64,000 nucleotides of DNA from Gordius albopunctatus (lineage: Eukaryota), in NCBI GenBank assembly GCA_964276515.1, contig OZ193910.1, positions 248,001 through 312,000 of the forward strand. Direction: 5' to 3'. The first letter of the stretch is position 1. Each line of letters begins with the position of its first letter. Under the pieces are notes generated by a model that had not been told where the DNA came from, ran no database searches, and worked only from the letters and a program-made list of their open reading frames with translations. The position numbers and the translations under genes are program-made. Shown here one piece after another: positions 1 to 11,724 of the stretch.

Positions 1-673
1 TTGTGACTCTAAATTTTTATATAAATCTTTGCATCGATTATTTTAAAAAAATGCAAATAAAACAATTCGGTAATCAATATTTAATGCGCCAAATAATTTT
101 GGACCCTATAGAGCGAAAATTTACATTCAAATGTAATTTTTGTCAAAAAATGCTATTTATTCATTCCCCAGCTTTATAATTATAGGAAAAAAATTGAAAT
201 TTTGCTCCATCATATAAATAATATGATCTAATTACAATCCTTACAATGACAATGATTCAGCCAATTTGTATTGATATTTAAGTTTAATTGATTTTTAACC
301 ATCGGGAGGAGATTGCTCTTCGATCCCACTTTGTTTATTCCTGCTATTACATTCATTATGGTATGTAAAAACATAGTATTTTCTTACTTATTTATAACAT
401 TAAATTTTTGAATAAACATTTTACCCTTATCACATTATTTTATTGTATGATTAACTTGATTTTATGTATCGCAACAGCACCATATATAAGAAATAACTTT
501 TAATATCAGGTATATTGATCTATATGGATTAGTAAGTGTTTCTATTGTTATAGAATCGCTTATAGAATTCTATTTTCAAAACCCACGCTAAAATATTAAA
601 TTTTACAAAATAAACCTTTCTATTACAGCATCGCTAAACTCGGTTTGCAAAAATATTTTTTATTCAATTACAG

Positions 674-3600
674 CAGCAATCAGATGGTAGGGGACAATGG
701 GATGCATCTAGCATATCATCTACGGACACGACTTCGTCGGCCTCTGCTCGGGAACATGCTAAAATATTAGAAAACGTTTTGGCAAAGGGTGCTTGCGGTC
801 CACCCGAGCGTAAACCATTCACTTACACCCCACACCTAGAAGAGTTAAAAGCGGCCAGTAAACGGTGGAAACGATTCAAAGATGCAGAATGTGTGGCCAC
901 TTCCAAGAGTCCCCTTCAACCCAAACTTAGCAACCCGGTCACGTGTTATCCAGAAACTGAGGCTCCAAATCAATTTCCCCTTCAGTATCAAAGCCCCTCG
1001 CTCATGAACATAGACAGATGGACAGGCAGTAGCGGTTCCAGTAAATTGCCACAAAGACCGACCGGTCCCATGATTACATCGCCGGTACAAGGAGGTCGAA
1101 ATCTGTATTATGGCGACGAGGACAAACCTGCACCTTTCAAGATGGCCCCCGAAATGAGATCGACCCAAGTTTATCGGAGCTTCCCCTACGCAGTACAAAG
1201 GCACGATGGGGTGGACCCCGGATTTACCAGGCCAGTTGAAGTAGTTGGGAACGGCGAAATCCACACTCAGTAAAAACGATTTAAAAAGGCTCATTCCATA
1301 ATTGATATACTTGATCAAATTGCGAATAAATTAGAGTAATGAATGATGAACTTTTAGAGAAAACAAAATTTTTTAATGATTCCTGTTTCGCTTTGTGTGC
1401 CAAGAAAGTTCTTTAACTCTTATAACTCATTTGGTGCGATAGTTCGCTACTTGCTTTACCATTATTATAAAACGTTTTAGGCTAAAAGGAATATAAAGTA
1501 TAAATGGCGTGATATAAAGCTTTCCTAATATAATGCGTTCACAAATTTGACATTAATTTATACCCTTTCAAATAGCTATTACTTTAAAAACATGGTATTG
1601 GTATGAATTATAAACAGACAACATTAGGAATTATATACTTAAGTTATATACTTCAATAATAATTATTTTTTACTTAAATATTTTGAAATCTTGCATATAT
1701 AATTATTATATCAATGAAAGAAAGGAAATATCGCCCCCTATTCCCATAAACATCAAAGTGGTAAGAAAACCGAATCCCAACCAGGCGGCGGCCACCAACG
1801 CAACTAAAAGTAAAAAAATTAAATAAAAAAAAATATTTTTCAAAACAAATCTTTGCTTTACGCCGCCATGTTAGTAGACGTTTTGGGTCCTAGAGTAAAT
1901 CAAGGTTCGAGTTATTTAGTACCATTCGATACAGCGATACCGGTTGAAATCGTGAACAAAATTACGCTACCAAATGCAACCCATCACGTCCCATCTCACC
2001 CGAGTAATAACAGCTGTATTAAAATTTATGACCTCCCTCGCATGAATTGCATGGAAAAAAAAAACAAAAGCCATAGTTTCTCATAGTAGGGGAGACCGGG
2101 GCTAGTCGTAGTCCGTGGTTACTATTATCCTTCTAATTATTTTGTAAAATAATAATGATATTAAATCAAAATTTAAAACATATGTGTATTTTTCCATAAG
2201 GTATAAGTAAAAAATTTTTGTTTAGAAAAAATAAAATTTAAAATTTTTATTGAGAAAAAACGATTTTTCGGGGCCATTAGTAGCCTTTAAAAAAAATGTT
2301 ATTTTGCACGTAAAACTTTTTGGCTGAATATTTTGGATTAATTTAACTTTTATCTTAAAAAGAGAGATTTTTTATATAAAAACCGTCTAATGATTAAATT
2401 TTTATATGCACTATAACATCTTAAAATATTAATTGTTTATGAAAATAGGGGTCGGGACTAGTCGGAAAGGGGCTATTGCTAGCCATTTTCCTTGTGTTTT
2501 ACAAATGATAATATTTAAAAAAACAAAAAATTTTGTTTGATAATAATCCAACTTAGTGTTATTTGGATTAGAAATAGACTTTGATTATACATTATAAAAC
2601 GCCTAAAAGTCATTTTGCATTGCTAAATCCCTCTTTTAAGTGTTGCTAAGTCAGATTGTCATCTTGACCTATAATCATATTACATTTGCATTTTCTACAT
2701 TTTTTATAATCAAACAATATTTTCGTTGATTCGAGTTGACATACACTAATAAGAAGTGAAAACGTCAGAGTTAATCTATGGGCTATGACTAGCCCCGGGC
2801 ATTTTCAAAATTTTTTGGATTTTTGTTTTTTTTAACTTAATTTTTGAGAAAACTATTACTTATTTCCCTCCAAAAATTTTTCCTACAGTAGGAATAGACC
2901 TTAAAAATATATTCCAACAAAAAAATTGGGAAAATAATTTTTAGTTTTTGGTAAAACGCGATTTAATTTTTTATGGGGTCTCCCCTAAATGTCACACTTG
3001 GCAATCCAAAACTTCGGCAAATACATGGGCGTAGTTAGTTTTTGGATGGGGGGCAAAACATAATTTTTTGTAATTTTTGAAGGTTTTAGCATTGTGAATA
3101 ATCTCTTTGTCATTTAGAGGGGGGGTCGCTTATTTAATTAATTAAGAAGTATATATGTAAGGAGTGGTTGAAAGGGGTGCTAGGGGGCCCAAGGTTGGGC
3201 TCGCATGCAATGCTAAACCCTCGGGCACCCTTTGAATAAGCTAGGCTTTTAAATCGTTATTTTTGAGCAAATCGTAAGGTTAAAATATTTTGTCATATAA
3301 ATCAATAATATTGTGATAGAAATAAAAGGCATTGTAGACGGGAGATGGATATTGAACAAAGATTTGTAAACGCCTAAAATTTCCCCAAGCCCGTTTTCAA
3401 GAGTAAATAAAGCAACAAATCGCCAGGGTGTAAGCTTGGTGAAATAGGAGCGGACAATAATTTTTTATTCATCCATTTGTAGGCCATTAATAATGGTACC
3501 AGAATTTATAGTTTTGTAAGGACTTTAGTTGAGCGAGGGGTGAGCCCATAGAATGCATAGCATCCAAAAAAATAAAGACATGCAGCGTGGGGCAATATGG

Positions 3601-5092
3601 AATTTATAGATGTTTTATTTGATTGTCTAGTACCTCGTGCACCCGCACCCGCTCATGGTATCATCATTAAAGGGGGGGCCAAATCGTGTTCCAGTTTGTT
3701 GAACGAAGAAAATATTTGTACGAATCGAAAGGAAGGCACGATCAATTATGGGGGCAGTCCAAACAGGGGTGGCGGCGGCGATGCTGAGTGCAAATCTTAC
3801 AGAGGACCTACTGAAGGTACGCGCGTTCTCTATCATTTCCTTATATGTGTGTATATTTGTTGGGACATTTCATCAAACAAAAATTCGTGCTTGATCATCA
3901 TTTGTTGTTGCGCCATAGTGGATCCTAGTTTGAGACATGCTGCATACCGGGAAATGGAAGCAAGGCCGTGGGGCAAGGATTACAACATAACCAAACACGT
4001 TATAACCCCTGCCCGTTCCACCCATCATTTAGGTTCGTTAAATCATTCCTTTTTGCTTAAAAGGAATCTCTTCTAATAAAATAATCATAGACTATCGAAC
4101 AGCTGATTTGCGCATTGGAATTTATTAAAAACCTATATGAGGAGAATCACCCCGCTAAGCATTTTCATATTATACCAATCTCTGTTCAAGCATAAATTAT
4201 CCCTTTATGTAGCCTATATCTATCACGTCGACAAAAACTTTTCAATTTCTTAGTTGTTGAGTCTGCAAATTCACTTTTTTTCACACGAACCCGACCCGAA
4301 AGCGTTTAAATTTTTCACCCCGAACGCGACTCGAAGGCATTTGATCGGGTCGAGTTTCGGGTGACCCGTGCAGGGCTCTTGTAGATCACAACATCATGAG
4401 TCCAATTTGACAATCTTGCAAGGGGAACAAAAAACGCCAAACTAATGTCGCGTTGAATCTGGGTTGATGAATTATCATTTAATTGGCCTCAATTATAGTT
4501 GTTAATAAAGCTTAAAACGAATCGGATCTATTTATTTTCCTGATAATTTATCATCATTCTCAATTTAAGCCGTACTTTTTGTATGTAAATTAAAACAGGC
4601 TTATGCTTGCTTATATTCTGAAACCTGTTCCAAGTTAAAATTAATACATCTTATATGATAAAATAAATGGCAATTCACTTTTTAAAAATGTATCAATAAT
4701 ATCAAGTTGCATGGGCGTACCCAGCCAGCATTGCAATTAGAGCGGGGGGGGGGGGGGGGGAGGAGTCATAATTTTAATAAATTTTTGGATTTAGAGCAGC
4801 CGCTACTCCATGGCTACCCCTATGTCCAGTTGTTATATATACATTTGGAGTAATTTAATTAAAAAAATATAAACACTAAAATAAAGTTGCTCACCGTATT
4901 TCATGTAAAATATTAGATTCCGATGTTAGGAGATATTTTGGTCATAATCCCAACAACATGATTCCTCAACAAGTATGGATCACAAAGGAATTTTACGCAA
5001 ATAGCAAAGAGGGTCAATTACCAGAATCCTATACCAGCAGCCCCATGTCAGCTAGAGACTGGGTTGAAATGCAAGGCACAACTGATTTCTAA
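674..5092 (+). CDS. 3' exons of an uncharacterised Pro/Ser-rich protein (KPFTYTP motif; C-terminus ...GTTDF*, PDZ-ligand-like). Proposed exons 674-1269, 3803-3816, 4917-5092; 5' exons probably upstream
   Basis: ttacag acceptor before 674 opens the same frame as ORF 779-1273. A tattag acceptor before 4917 gives DSDVRRYFGHNPNN...MQGTTDF* (TAA 5090-5092). Phases join only through the 14-nt exon. Confidence 0.55.
2089..2985. mobile_element. Non-autonomous DNA transposon (MITE), Tc1/mariner-pogo-like
   Basis: Terminal inverted repeats GGGGAGACC...GGTCTCCCC flanked by TA on both sides; internal GGGGCTAGTC/GACTAGCCCC motifs; no ORF. Confidence 0.7.
4710..4824. mobile_element. Short hAT-like MITE (CATGGGCGTA...TACGCCCATG family, poly-G core)
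   Basis: Imperfect TIRs; flanking 8-mers tcaagttg/tccagttg resemble a decayed target-site duplication; same family recurs through the window. Confidence 0.6.
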
Positions 5093-6034
5093 TCCCTCAC
5101 ACAAAAACATTTTTTCAGCTAAAATATTCTGTCATAAACCATTATTTCATGGTCTCTCTTTCAAAAATCCTGAATTTGATGCAAACAATTTACAATACTT
5201 TTTATTCAATGACACATCAATAAATTATTTATTATGAATTATGTAAAAAAAATTTACTATTAGAACCTAAGTTTTTAGAGAAAAGTTTGACTACAATTTG
5301 CACATAATTATTACATCTTAAACTTTTTTACAATACCAAAAATTTTCAGTTTAGGGGCTTAGCTGTAAGTGTAACAGAAAAGGTTAAAGTATAATAATTA
5401 ATAATCAAGTTTAATTGTAGGTTTAATAAAGATTTAATCAACATGTGATAAAATATTTATTTAGATAGTTAGTACAAAACCCATTAACTAACTATAACAT
5501 ATAAATGTGCAAGTTTAGATAAAAAAAGGCCTATCCCACTGAAAAAAACTCTGTTTTAAAAATAGTTGTTAATAGCTAACCATCATTTAATAACTTTCTC
5601 TTCCTAAACTCATATCATAGTTGACAATTTTGTTCATTTTTTGGTATTGACTCATGATAAATACTTCTTCACCTATTAAAGCATGTTTGTGTCATTTAGT
5701 GTTGGAAGTAGGTTTAAGAGTCAGACCTTCAACTCCTGAAAATGTTTATGACTCTTCTAAAATCATATTATTGTAAACATTTTGGAATACATAAACTTGC
5801 TTTGCATACAAATTATTACCCATTACCATCTCAACATAATTAATAGTTGATGGAAAATCATTGAAAATGTTTAATGAATTGTGGAACTAATTCACCTAAA
5901 AAACATGTTGTAGAAAATGAATGAATGCAAAAAAAATTATTTCATTTTTACTTAATACCCAATTAAAGTAATAAATAATTGACAAATATATCCATCGAGC
6001 CAAAGCTTATTTAATATTGTTAGTATAATTGTTA

Positions 6035-6210
6035 AGTCCTGTGACTTAGAAAGGAAGGTTGTCTCGCTTAATTGTTGAGCTCAAGAGCTTCTGTAACATC
6101 AGGTTTGAGTCGTTAGGTTGGGGTGGTTTTAGTGGTTAGTCTCGGTCCTTGCTCGTAAGCCTTCACATTCAATTTATGGTCTGCCTACGGTTGAGTTGGC
6201 GTTAACCCAA
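6035..6210 (+). mobile_element. Possible tRNA-derived SINE remnant
   Basis: GC-richer island with a B-box-like GGTTTGAGTC followed by GGTGGTTTTAGTGG; no full cloverleaf. Confidence 0.3.
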
Positions 6211-6734
6211 TTGACAATATACACATCCAAGAATTTTATTGAGGGCATAATAATCGACAAGAAGTAAATTCAATAATAGAATCAAAGTAGCGATTTGACA
6301 GGTTATAGGGACATATGGTAATACAACTGACGGGGAAAAGTTTAGGAGTTATCCGAGGTCAGAATATATATAATGCCCTCTCATTTTTAGCTTATCTACT
6401 TTTTTTATCTTCTTGAACTACCCCTTTTCCGGTCTCATTTTAAGCTTTTCTGCTCTTACATCTTTTTGAACTGCTCAATCTTGACCGCTCTCCTCACTAT
6501 GAGGATACAATATTCCATCCCCTGCAGATGCACATTCTCCACTCCTACTACACCTGCTCCCTTAACTCTTGAGGATAGAACAATAATAATATTTGAAAAT
6601 ATAATTATTGGAATTGCATATATATTTATTTAGTATATTTATAAGTGAACTGATGAATTCAGTATTTTTAAATGTCTTCAATGGTTTAACCACAATTTTC
6701 CATTACTTATAACAGCAAAAGAAGATAGTATCAA

Positions 6735-6990
6735 GCTAGTAAAAATATCTACAATACATACACCTTATTGGTAGTCCTTATTTCATTTTCATTTTGTGAG
6801 TGGCAATCTAAATGTGGAAAAACCAAGTTAGTGTTTTAATTATATATGTAAAACTAAATATGAGCTATAAATAATACCAAATAACAATGCCAATATTTAT
6901 ATAAAATTGCTATGATATACCTCTACAGTGATTTGCTTCAATTAGATGCTTTCTTGGATTTTTTATCTTTAGAAATTTAAGATTCACCAT
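6735..6990 (-). pseudogene. POLR2K: Degenerate POLR2K/RPB12 duplicate
   Basis: ATG at 6990, exon ending TGTAGAG|gtatat, then ttag|ATTGCCACTCACAAAATGAA (DCHSQNE...). After a frameshift it reads PIRCMYCRY* (cf. DCHSENE...PIRCRECGY in the intact copy at 25.5 kb). The first Zn-ribbon intron position is the same. Confidence 0.75.
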
Positions 6991-6998
6991 TGATTACG

Positions 6999-7745
6999 TC
7001 ACAATGTAATTGAGCTGCAAAATTGCTGTTTGCAAATAATCTCCATATCTTGACAAAAATTTTGATTTGATGTAAATGTTTGTATAAATATTTTATTCCA
7101 TGCTTGTAAAAAATTTGTGACATAAATCTTGAGGTTTAAAGGATAGCTAAAGGAATACAAATTGTGGGTAAAGGATCTAGAGTTCTCATTTAACTTTATA
7201 TTGATATTAATAACTTCCAAGTCTAAGTTATTCATATGTTTTTCATTGTTATCACTCCAATAAACAAGAGGATATCCAAGAAGTGTTCCAAAAACTGATG
7301 GAATATAAATATTAGGCAGTTTATTAAAACGTGCAACAATACACATATCCTTTATATTTGACAAAATATATTGATAAATGTAATCAATTAATGATTTGTC
7401 ATCAACTAGCTTAGGACTCTCTAATCCATATGAAATGTCAACTAATGTTGGCCTATAATCTGATTCAAGGTAGCGAATAACTGATAAATTGTGTAGAATC
7501 AAAAAATCAGAATGAATTTCATAAACAGATAGAAGATTAGGAAAATTTGTAGCTTTATTAATTTCCAGCACTAATAATCCAAGCGTGGAAAATTCTATAG
7601 GTCCATAATCGAATATAAAACTAGGTTTTAACTCTAACAATAATGCGTTTAAGTCTGCAGTAATATTTATAATTCTATGATTGAATTTCTTACCAAGAAT
7701 TTTAAAAACTATAGTTTTAAGTTGGAAAAAATCAAATTGCAACAT
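6999..7745 (-). CDS. C1orf74: UPF0739 / C1orf74-like protein (DUF4504-type), single exon, 248 aa
   Basis: Uninterrupted ORF with the motifs LKPSFIFDY, FGTLLGYPLVYW and LYSFSYP, recognised as typical of C1orf74 homologues. Confidence 0.8.
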   Translation of the reverse strand: MLQFDFFQLKTIVFKILGKKFNHRIINITADLNALLLELKPSFIFDYGPIEFSTLGLLVLEINKATNFPNLLSVYEIHSDFLILHNLSVIRYLESDYRPTLVDISYGLESPKLVDDKSLIDYIYQYILSNIKDMCIVARFNKLPNIYIPSVFGTLLGYPLVYWSDNNEKHMNNLDLEVININIKLNENSRSFTHNLYSFSYPLNLKIYVTNFLQAWNKIFIQTFTSNQNFCQDMEIICKQQFCSSITL

Positions 7746-7776
7746 TACGCATTTTCATCGAAATAATTTGTTTACA

Positions 7777-8365
7777 TAGAGCCTTGCACGGGTCGCCGTA
7801 GGCCGGACTTGGGCAGAATTATATAAAATAATTGGGCCTAATCTTTTATAAAATAGGTTATGAATAAACCGAATTTTATATAATCTTGCATACCGTACAT
7901 TATATAGCCTCCAAACTTCAGCTTTTTCCTTTGTCTATTATATTATAATAACTGACCTGAATTGCAATTTTTATTATAGTATTTAAATAGATTCATAGCA
8001 GCTGTTACTTTAGAAATAAGATAAATAAATATTTGAAACAGTGTTTTTTATTTGGAACTGTTAATATTTTATAAAGATAAATTTTTTGTTTTAGCTGAAT
8101 AAATTGTAAGGAGCGAAAATTTTTTTATTTTAAACTTATCCTAGCTGTAAATTAAGATTGACAACAATCTAATGGATTTTATATTTAGATGTTGAATTGG
8201 AAAAGTATAATTTTCTAAAAATTTTATTAGAAAAATTGGGTCGGCTCGGGTGGGGCCAAAAATAAAAATGTCTTTCGGGTTCAATCGGGCTCGGGCAAAA
8301 TAAAAATTGAGAAGTCGGGCTGGAGCCGGGCTCGAACCGATGAAATTTCATTTTGCAGGGCTCTA
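7777..8365. mobile_element. hAT-like MITE (TAGAGCCYTGCA...TGCAGGGCTCTA) with CCCGA/TCGGG subterminal repeats
   Basis: Inverted termini at 7777 and 8365; related ends at ~4375, ~16145 and ~48045. Confidence 0.65.
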
Positions 8366-8895
8366 AATATACATACGCCAGAAATAATTTGAATTTGAAT
8401 ACTTGATATTAGGGCTGTTATATAGTCCGATTTAAGACTTGCGCTGTTAAAGGGGGTAAATGGACTTAGAACCATCACCATTATAAGAGTCGTTTGAGAT
8501 GCGTTTTCCTAGGAAACTAAAGTCATTGATGCACGTAGTATTGGGAAAACCAGAAAGTATGGTTGAAGCTTTTTGCCGAAAATTTAATTGAAAAATATAA
8601 GCTTTTAAGTTATTTATAAGGGTCTAGTCTTTAATCCAACTATAAGTACTTTTAACAAATTTTATATTAAAGTTAAATCATTTTTTGCTAAATGGAAGGG
8701 GGGGGGGTGGGGTAGACGGGCTCTCTTGGATATACCCTGGATCTACCTCATTGTTTATAGCTATATGTGATACTTCTTTATCTACATGATTGGACAAATT
8801 CAGGATATCAACTAGATATTATCAATCAGATGAATTAAAAATTGAGTATGTAGTAACCACTAGTGGTTGCTACAAGTAAATATAGGATAGGTTAC

Positions 8896-9055
8896 CTGGG
8901 CGTGGCCAGGGGGAGTAAGAAGGGGCGGCCAACCCCTTCTAACCCCAAAAATTTGTTAAAATTAGAATTATGGCTAACATCTCAAAAAAATGTTCATTTT
9001 GCCCCTCCCTAAATCATTATTGGCCCCCTTTAATTCCAAAGCTGCCTACGCCATG
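8896..9055. mobile_element. Short hAT-like MITE (GGGCGTRGCC family)
   Basis: ctgggcgtggccag ... ctgcctacgccatg termini, flanked by ataggtta/ataggata. Confidence 0.5.
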
Positions 9056-9504
9056 ATAGGATAGATATCTATTATTGATATTTAGTTTGATAGTTAATGC
9101 TTAATTAGGTTTGGATATGCATATGTTTCGTCAATATATGCTTAAGTAACAACATAAAATACCCATTTTATTTATGACAATTTAAATATATAGGAAATTA
9201 ATCACTATATTATACATTAGTTGGAAAAGGGAGCAGAAAGCGTATAAACGTGGGAACAATTAGTGTGAGTGAGAAAAATGAGCGAATGACGGTGTGATCC
9301 CTGGAAGCGTTTATATAGTAGCACGGTCACGTGTCTAGGGATTTGGTTCGTTTTCCCCTTCGCTTATGCTAATATTTTCGCTTTCCCAGAAGCCTAAGTC
9401 TATTTCTTCCTCGATGTTCTCTAAGCTTGGGAGCTCGTAAGAGATGTCTCCTGGATCTGCGGTGTTGCGGTCCTTGGGCATCCAGAGTCGTGATGGCTCG
9501 TCAG

Positions 9505-11724
9505 CTGGGTTGACATCCGTGAAGCCCTTAACTCATTTCCTTTGGACTCCGCAGCCGGACTCGACGGAGGGCGCCCAGTATATCTACAAGATTTACTCAA
9601 CCTGAATAATTTAAATACTGAACCTCTTTTAAATTCTATTACTTCCTTTTGTAATATCATTGTTAACGGAAAATTTCCTCATGAAATCATCCCTATTTTA
9701 TTCGGTGCAAAACTTATCGCCATCAAAAAACCGGATGATTCCGTTAGACCCATCGCCATTGGAAGTCTTTTTCGCCGTATTATATCAAAAACCCTCTGCA
9801 AACTCATAAAACCCTCCTTATCCGCCAAGCTCCGCGCTCATCAACTCGACTTCGGAATTAAAGGCGGATGTGAGGCAGCCAGCCATGCTGGCCGGATCAC
9901 ACTCCAAAATATTCCCACCGAGTCCTGCTTTGTTAAATTAGATTTTGCCAATGCTTTTAACTGCATTCGAAGAGAAACCCTTATTAACACTTTTTTAGCT
10001 GAATTCCCACAATTCCTAAATTACATTTTATTAAGCTATGGTTCTACAACCAAGCTTCGATTCGGCGAATACGTCATTGACTCGTCCGAAGGCATCCAAC
10101 AAGGAGACCCATTAGGCCCTTCTTTGTTTTGTTTAGCCATTCATAATTTAGTCGAGGCTATAACATCTCAGTGTATCCTGGATTTAAATGTTTGGTATCT
10201 CGACGACGCCACCCTATGTGGCCGCCCGGAGGAGATCAGTAAAGCTATATAAATTATCAACAATTTTAAACCCACTCTGAATCTTAAATTAAGCTCGAAA
10301 AAATGTGAAATCTTTCAGGCCCCCAACACTATTGACTTTCCAATTTTTAAAACTTTTTTAGTTTTAGAGAAGGAAAACATATCCCTTTTGGGATAATCCA
10401 TTGGCGGTGAAAAATCTCTCTTAAATTTTCTTCATAAGAACCTTGAAATTTTAAAATCTAAAACGGAACTTTTAAAATGCTTGCCAGCGCATCACTCATT
10501 TTACATAATGAAAAACTATTTTAACATCTCAAAGATTAATCATTGTTTTCGCTCATCTGGCGCATTTTTACACCCAGACATTTTAAAGTCGTACGAAGGC
10601 TTTTTAAAAACGTTATTAGAAAAAATTTTAAATTTAAAATTTAATACTAACAATTGGATTCAAGTATCCCTCCCAACCAAATCTGGAGGATTAGGAATTC
10701 GCCCTCCCGGCAGCATATCGCTAGCCGCTTTTATTTCCTCCTTTAAGTCGGTCCAAAACTTAATTTTTAATCTCATAAAACATGATTCCGACCCCCTGCT
10801 AACTCAAGCCTTGGAGCTTTGAAATTTGAATGTCACACCCGAGACCATCCAACCTCAAAGTACGAGACAAAAGGATTGGGATTCTGGACTAGTATCGCGC
10901 TCCGTTGATTACCTCTTATTGAGCAGCGATGATAGCCAGCATTACAACATTAGGTCCCTCGCTTTTGACGGTTCCGGTCACGAGTGGCTTGAAGCCTATC
11001 CCAGCAAACTTTTGGGAATGCTGCTTGAAGACTTTGAGCTATCATATTCCATAGCTTTAAGGTTGGGGATTAGTTACAGCAGAGAATTCAACTGTCAAAA
11101 CTGCCTTACTGTTGTAGACGAATATGCTAGGCACCCTCTACACTGCCTAGCAAACAAATATAAATACGTTAGGCACACTAAAGCTAATTTATTAATTCAA
11201 GCTGCCCTTAAAAAGGCCAAAATCCCCTCAATCCTTGAGCCGTCCGATCCCTCCCTTGAAGGTAGGATGCTCCCTGACGGCTCTTCTCTAGTCCCCTGGC
11301 AAAATGGCCTATCCCTCAAATGGGATTTTACTTGTATTCACCTTTTTGCCCCTTCCCACTTTAATTACGACCCTATCGCTACAGCAGAAGGGCGTAAAAC
11401 TACAAAGTATTCTGCCCTTTTGGCATCCAATATTTTTATCCCTGTCGTTGCCACGTGCTCCGGTTCCTTTGGCAAACAGGCAATGGGGTTTTTTAAAGAA
11501 ATCGGAAAACGCACCCCGAAATCTAAAATTTCTGCGTCCTTTTTACTCAGGCAACAACTAGGGATTCTTGTTGCACGATACAACTTTAAATCCTTTGCCG
11601 ACTCATGGCCCATTTTAGAAGAGAATGATATAGATCTTTGTATTTAACCAATATGTCTTTATTTTTGTATTTCGCTTATTAATGTAACTGTTTCTTGAAA
11701 ATAAACTTTTTAACAAAAAAAAAA
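9505..11724 (+). mobile_element. 5'-truncated CRE-clade-like non-LTR retrotransposon (RT + CCHC finger + restriction-like endonuclease), with in-frame stops
   Basis: RPIAIG, QLDFGIKGGCEA, KLDFANAFN, GIQQGDPLGP, WYLDD, GGLGI, CQNC..HPLHC, RH, PDG, WDFTC and AEGRKTTKY motifs. One frame is broken by stops at ~10250, ~10395 and ~10820. AATAAA and an A-tail lie at ~11700-11724. Confidence 0.9.

Noticed and set aside
845..1318. Antisense ORFs overlapping real exons (also 11365-11613, 35493-35729, 57428-57706, 57725-58039)
   Set aside because: Shadows of coding sequence on the opposite strand or frame, with no independent motifs.
3597..4076. 159-aa ORF as a stand-alone gene
   Set aside because: No recognisable motifs; it lies within the proposed intron region. 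Only its GPTE segment is used, as the candidate microexon.
9542..11647. Stop-codon readthrough or alternative genetic code in the RT ORF
   Set aside because: The stops are mixed (TAA, TAA, TGA) and fall at different positions in the paralogous copy, while host genes use the standard code. This is ordinary decay.
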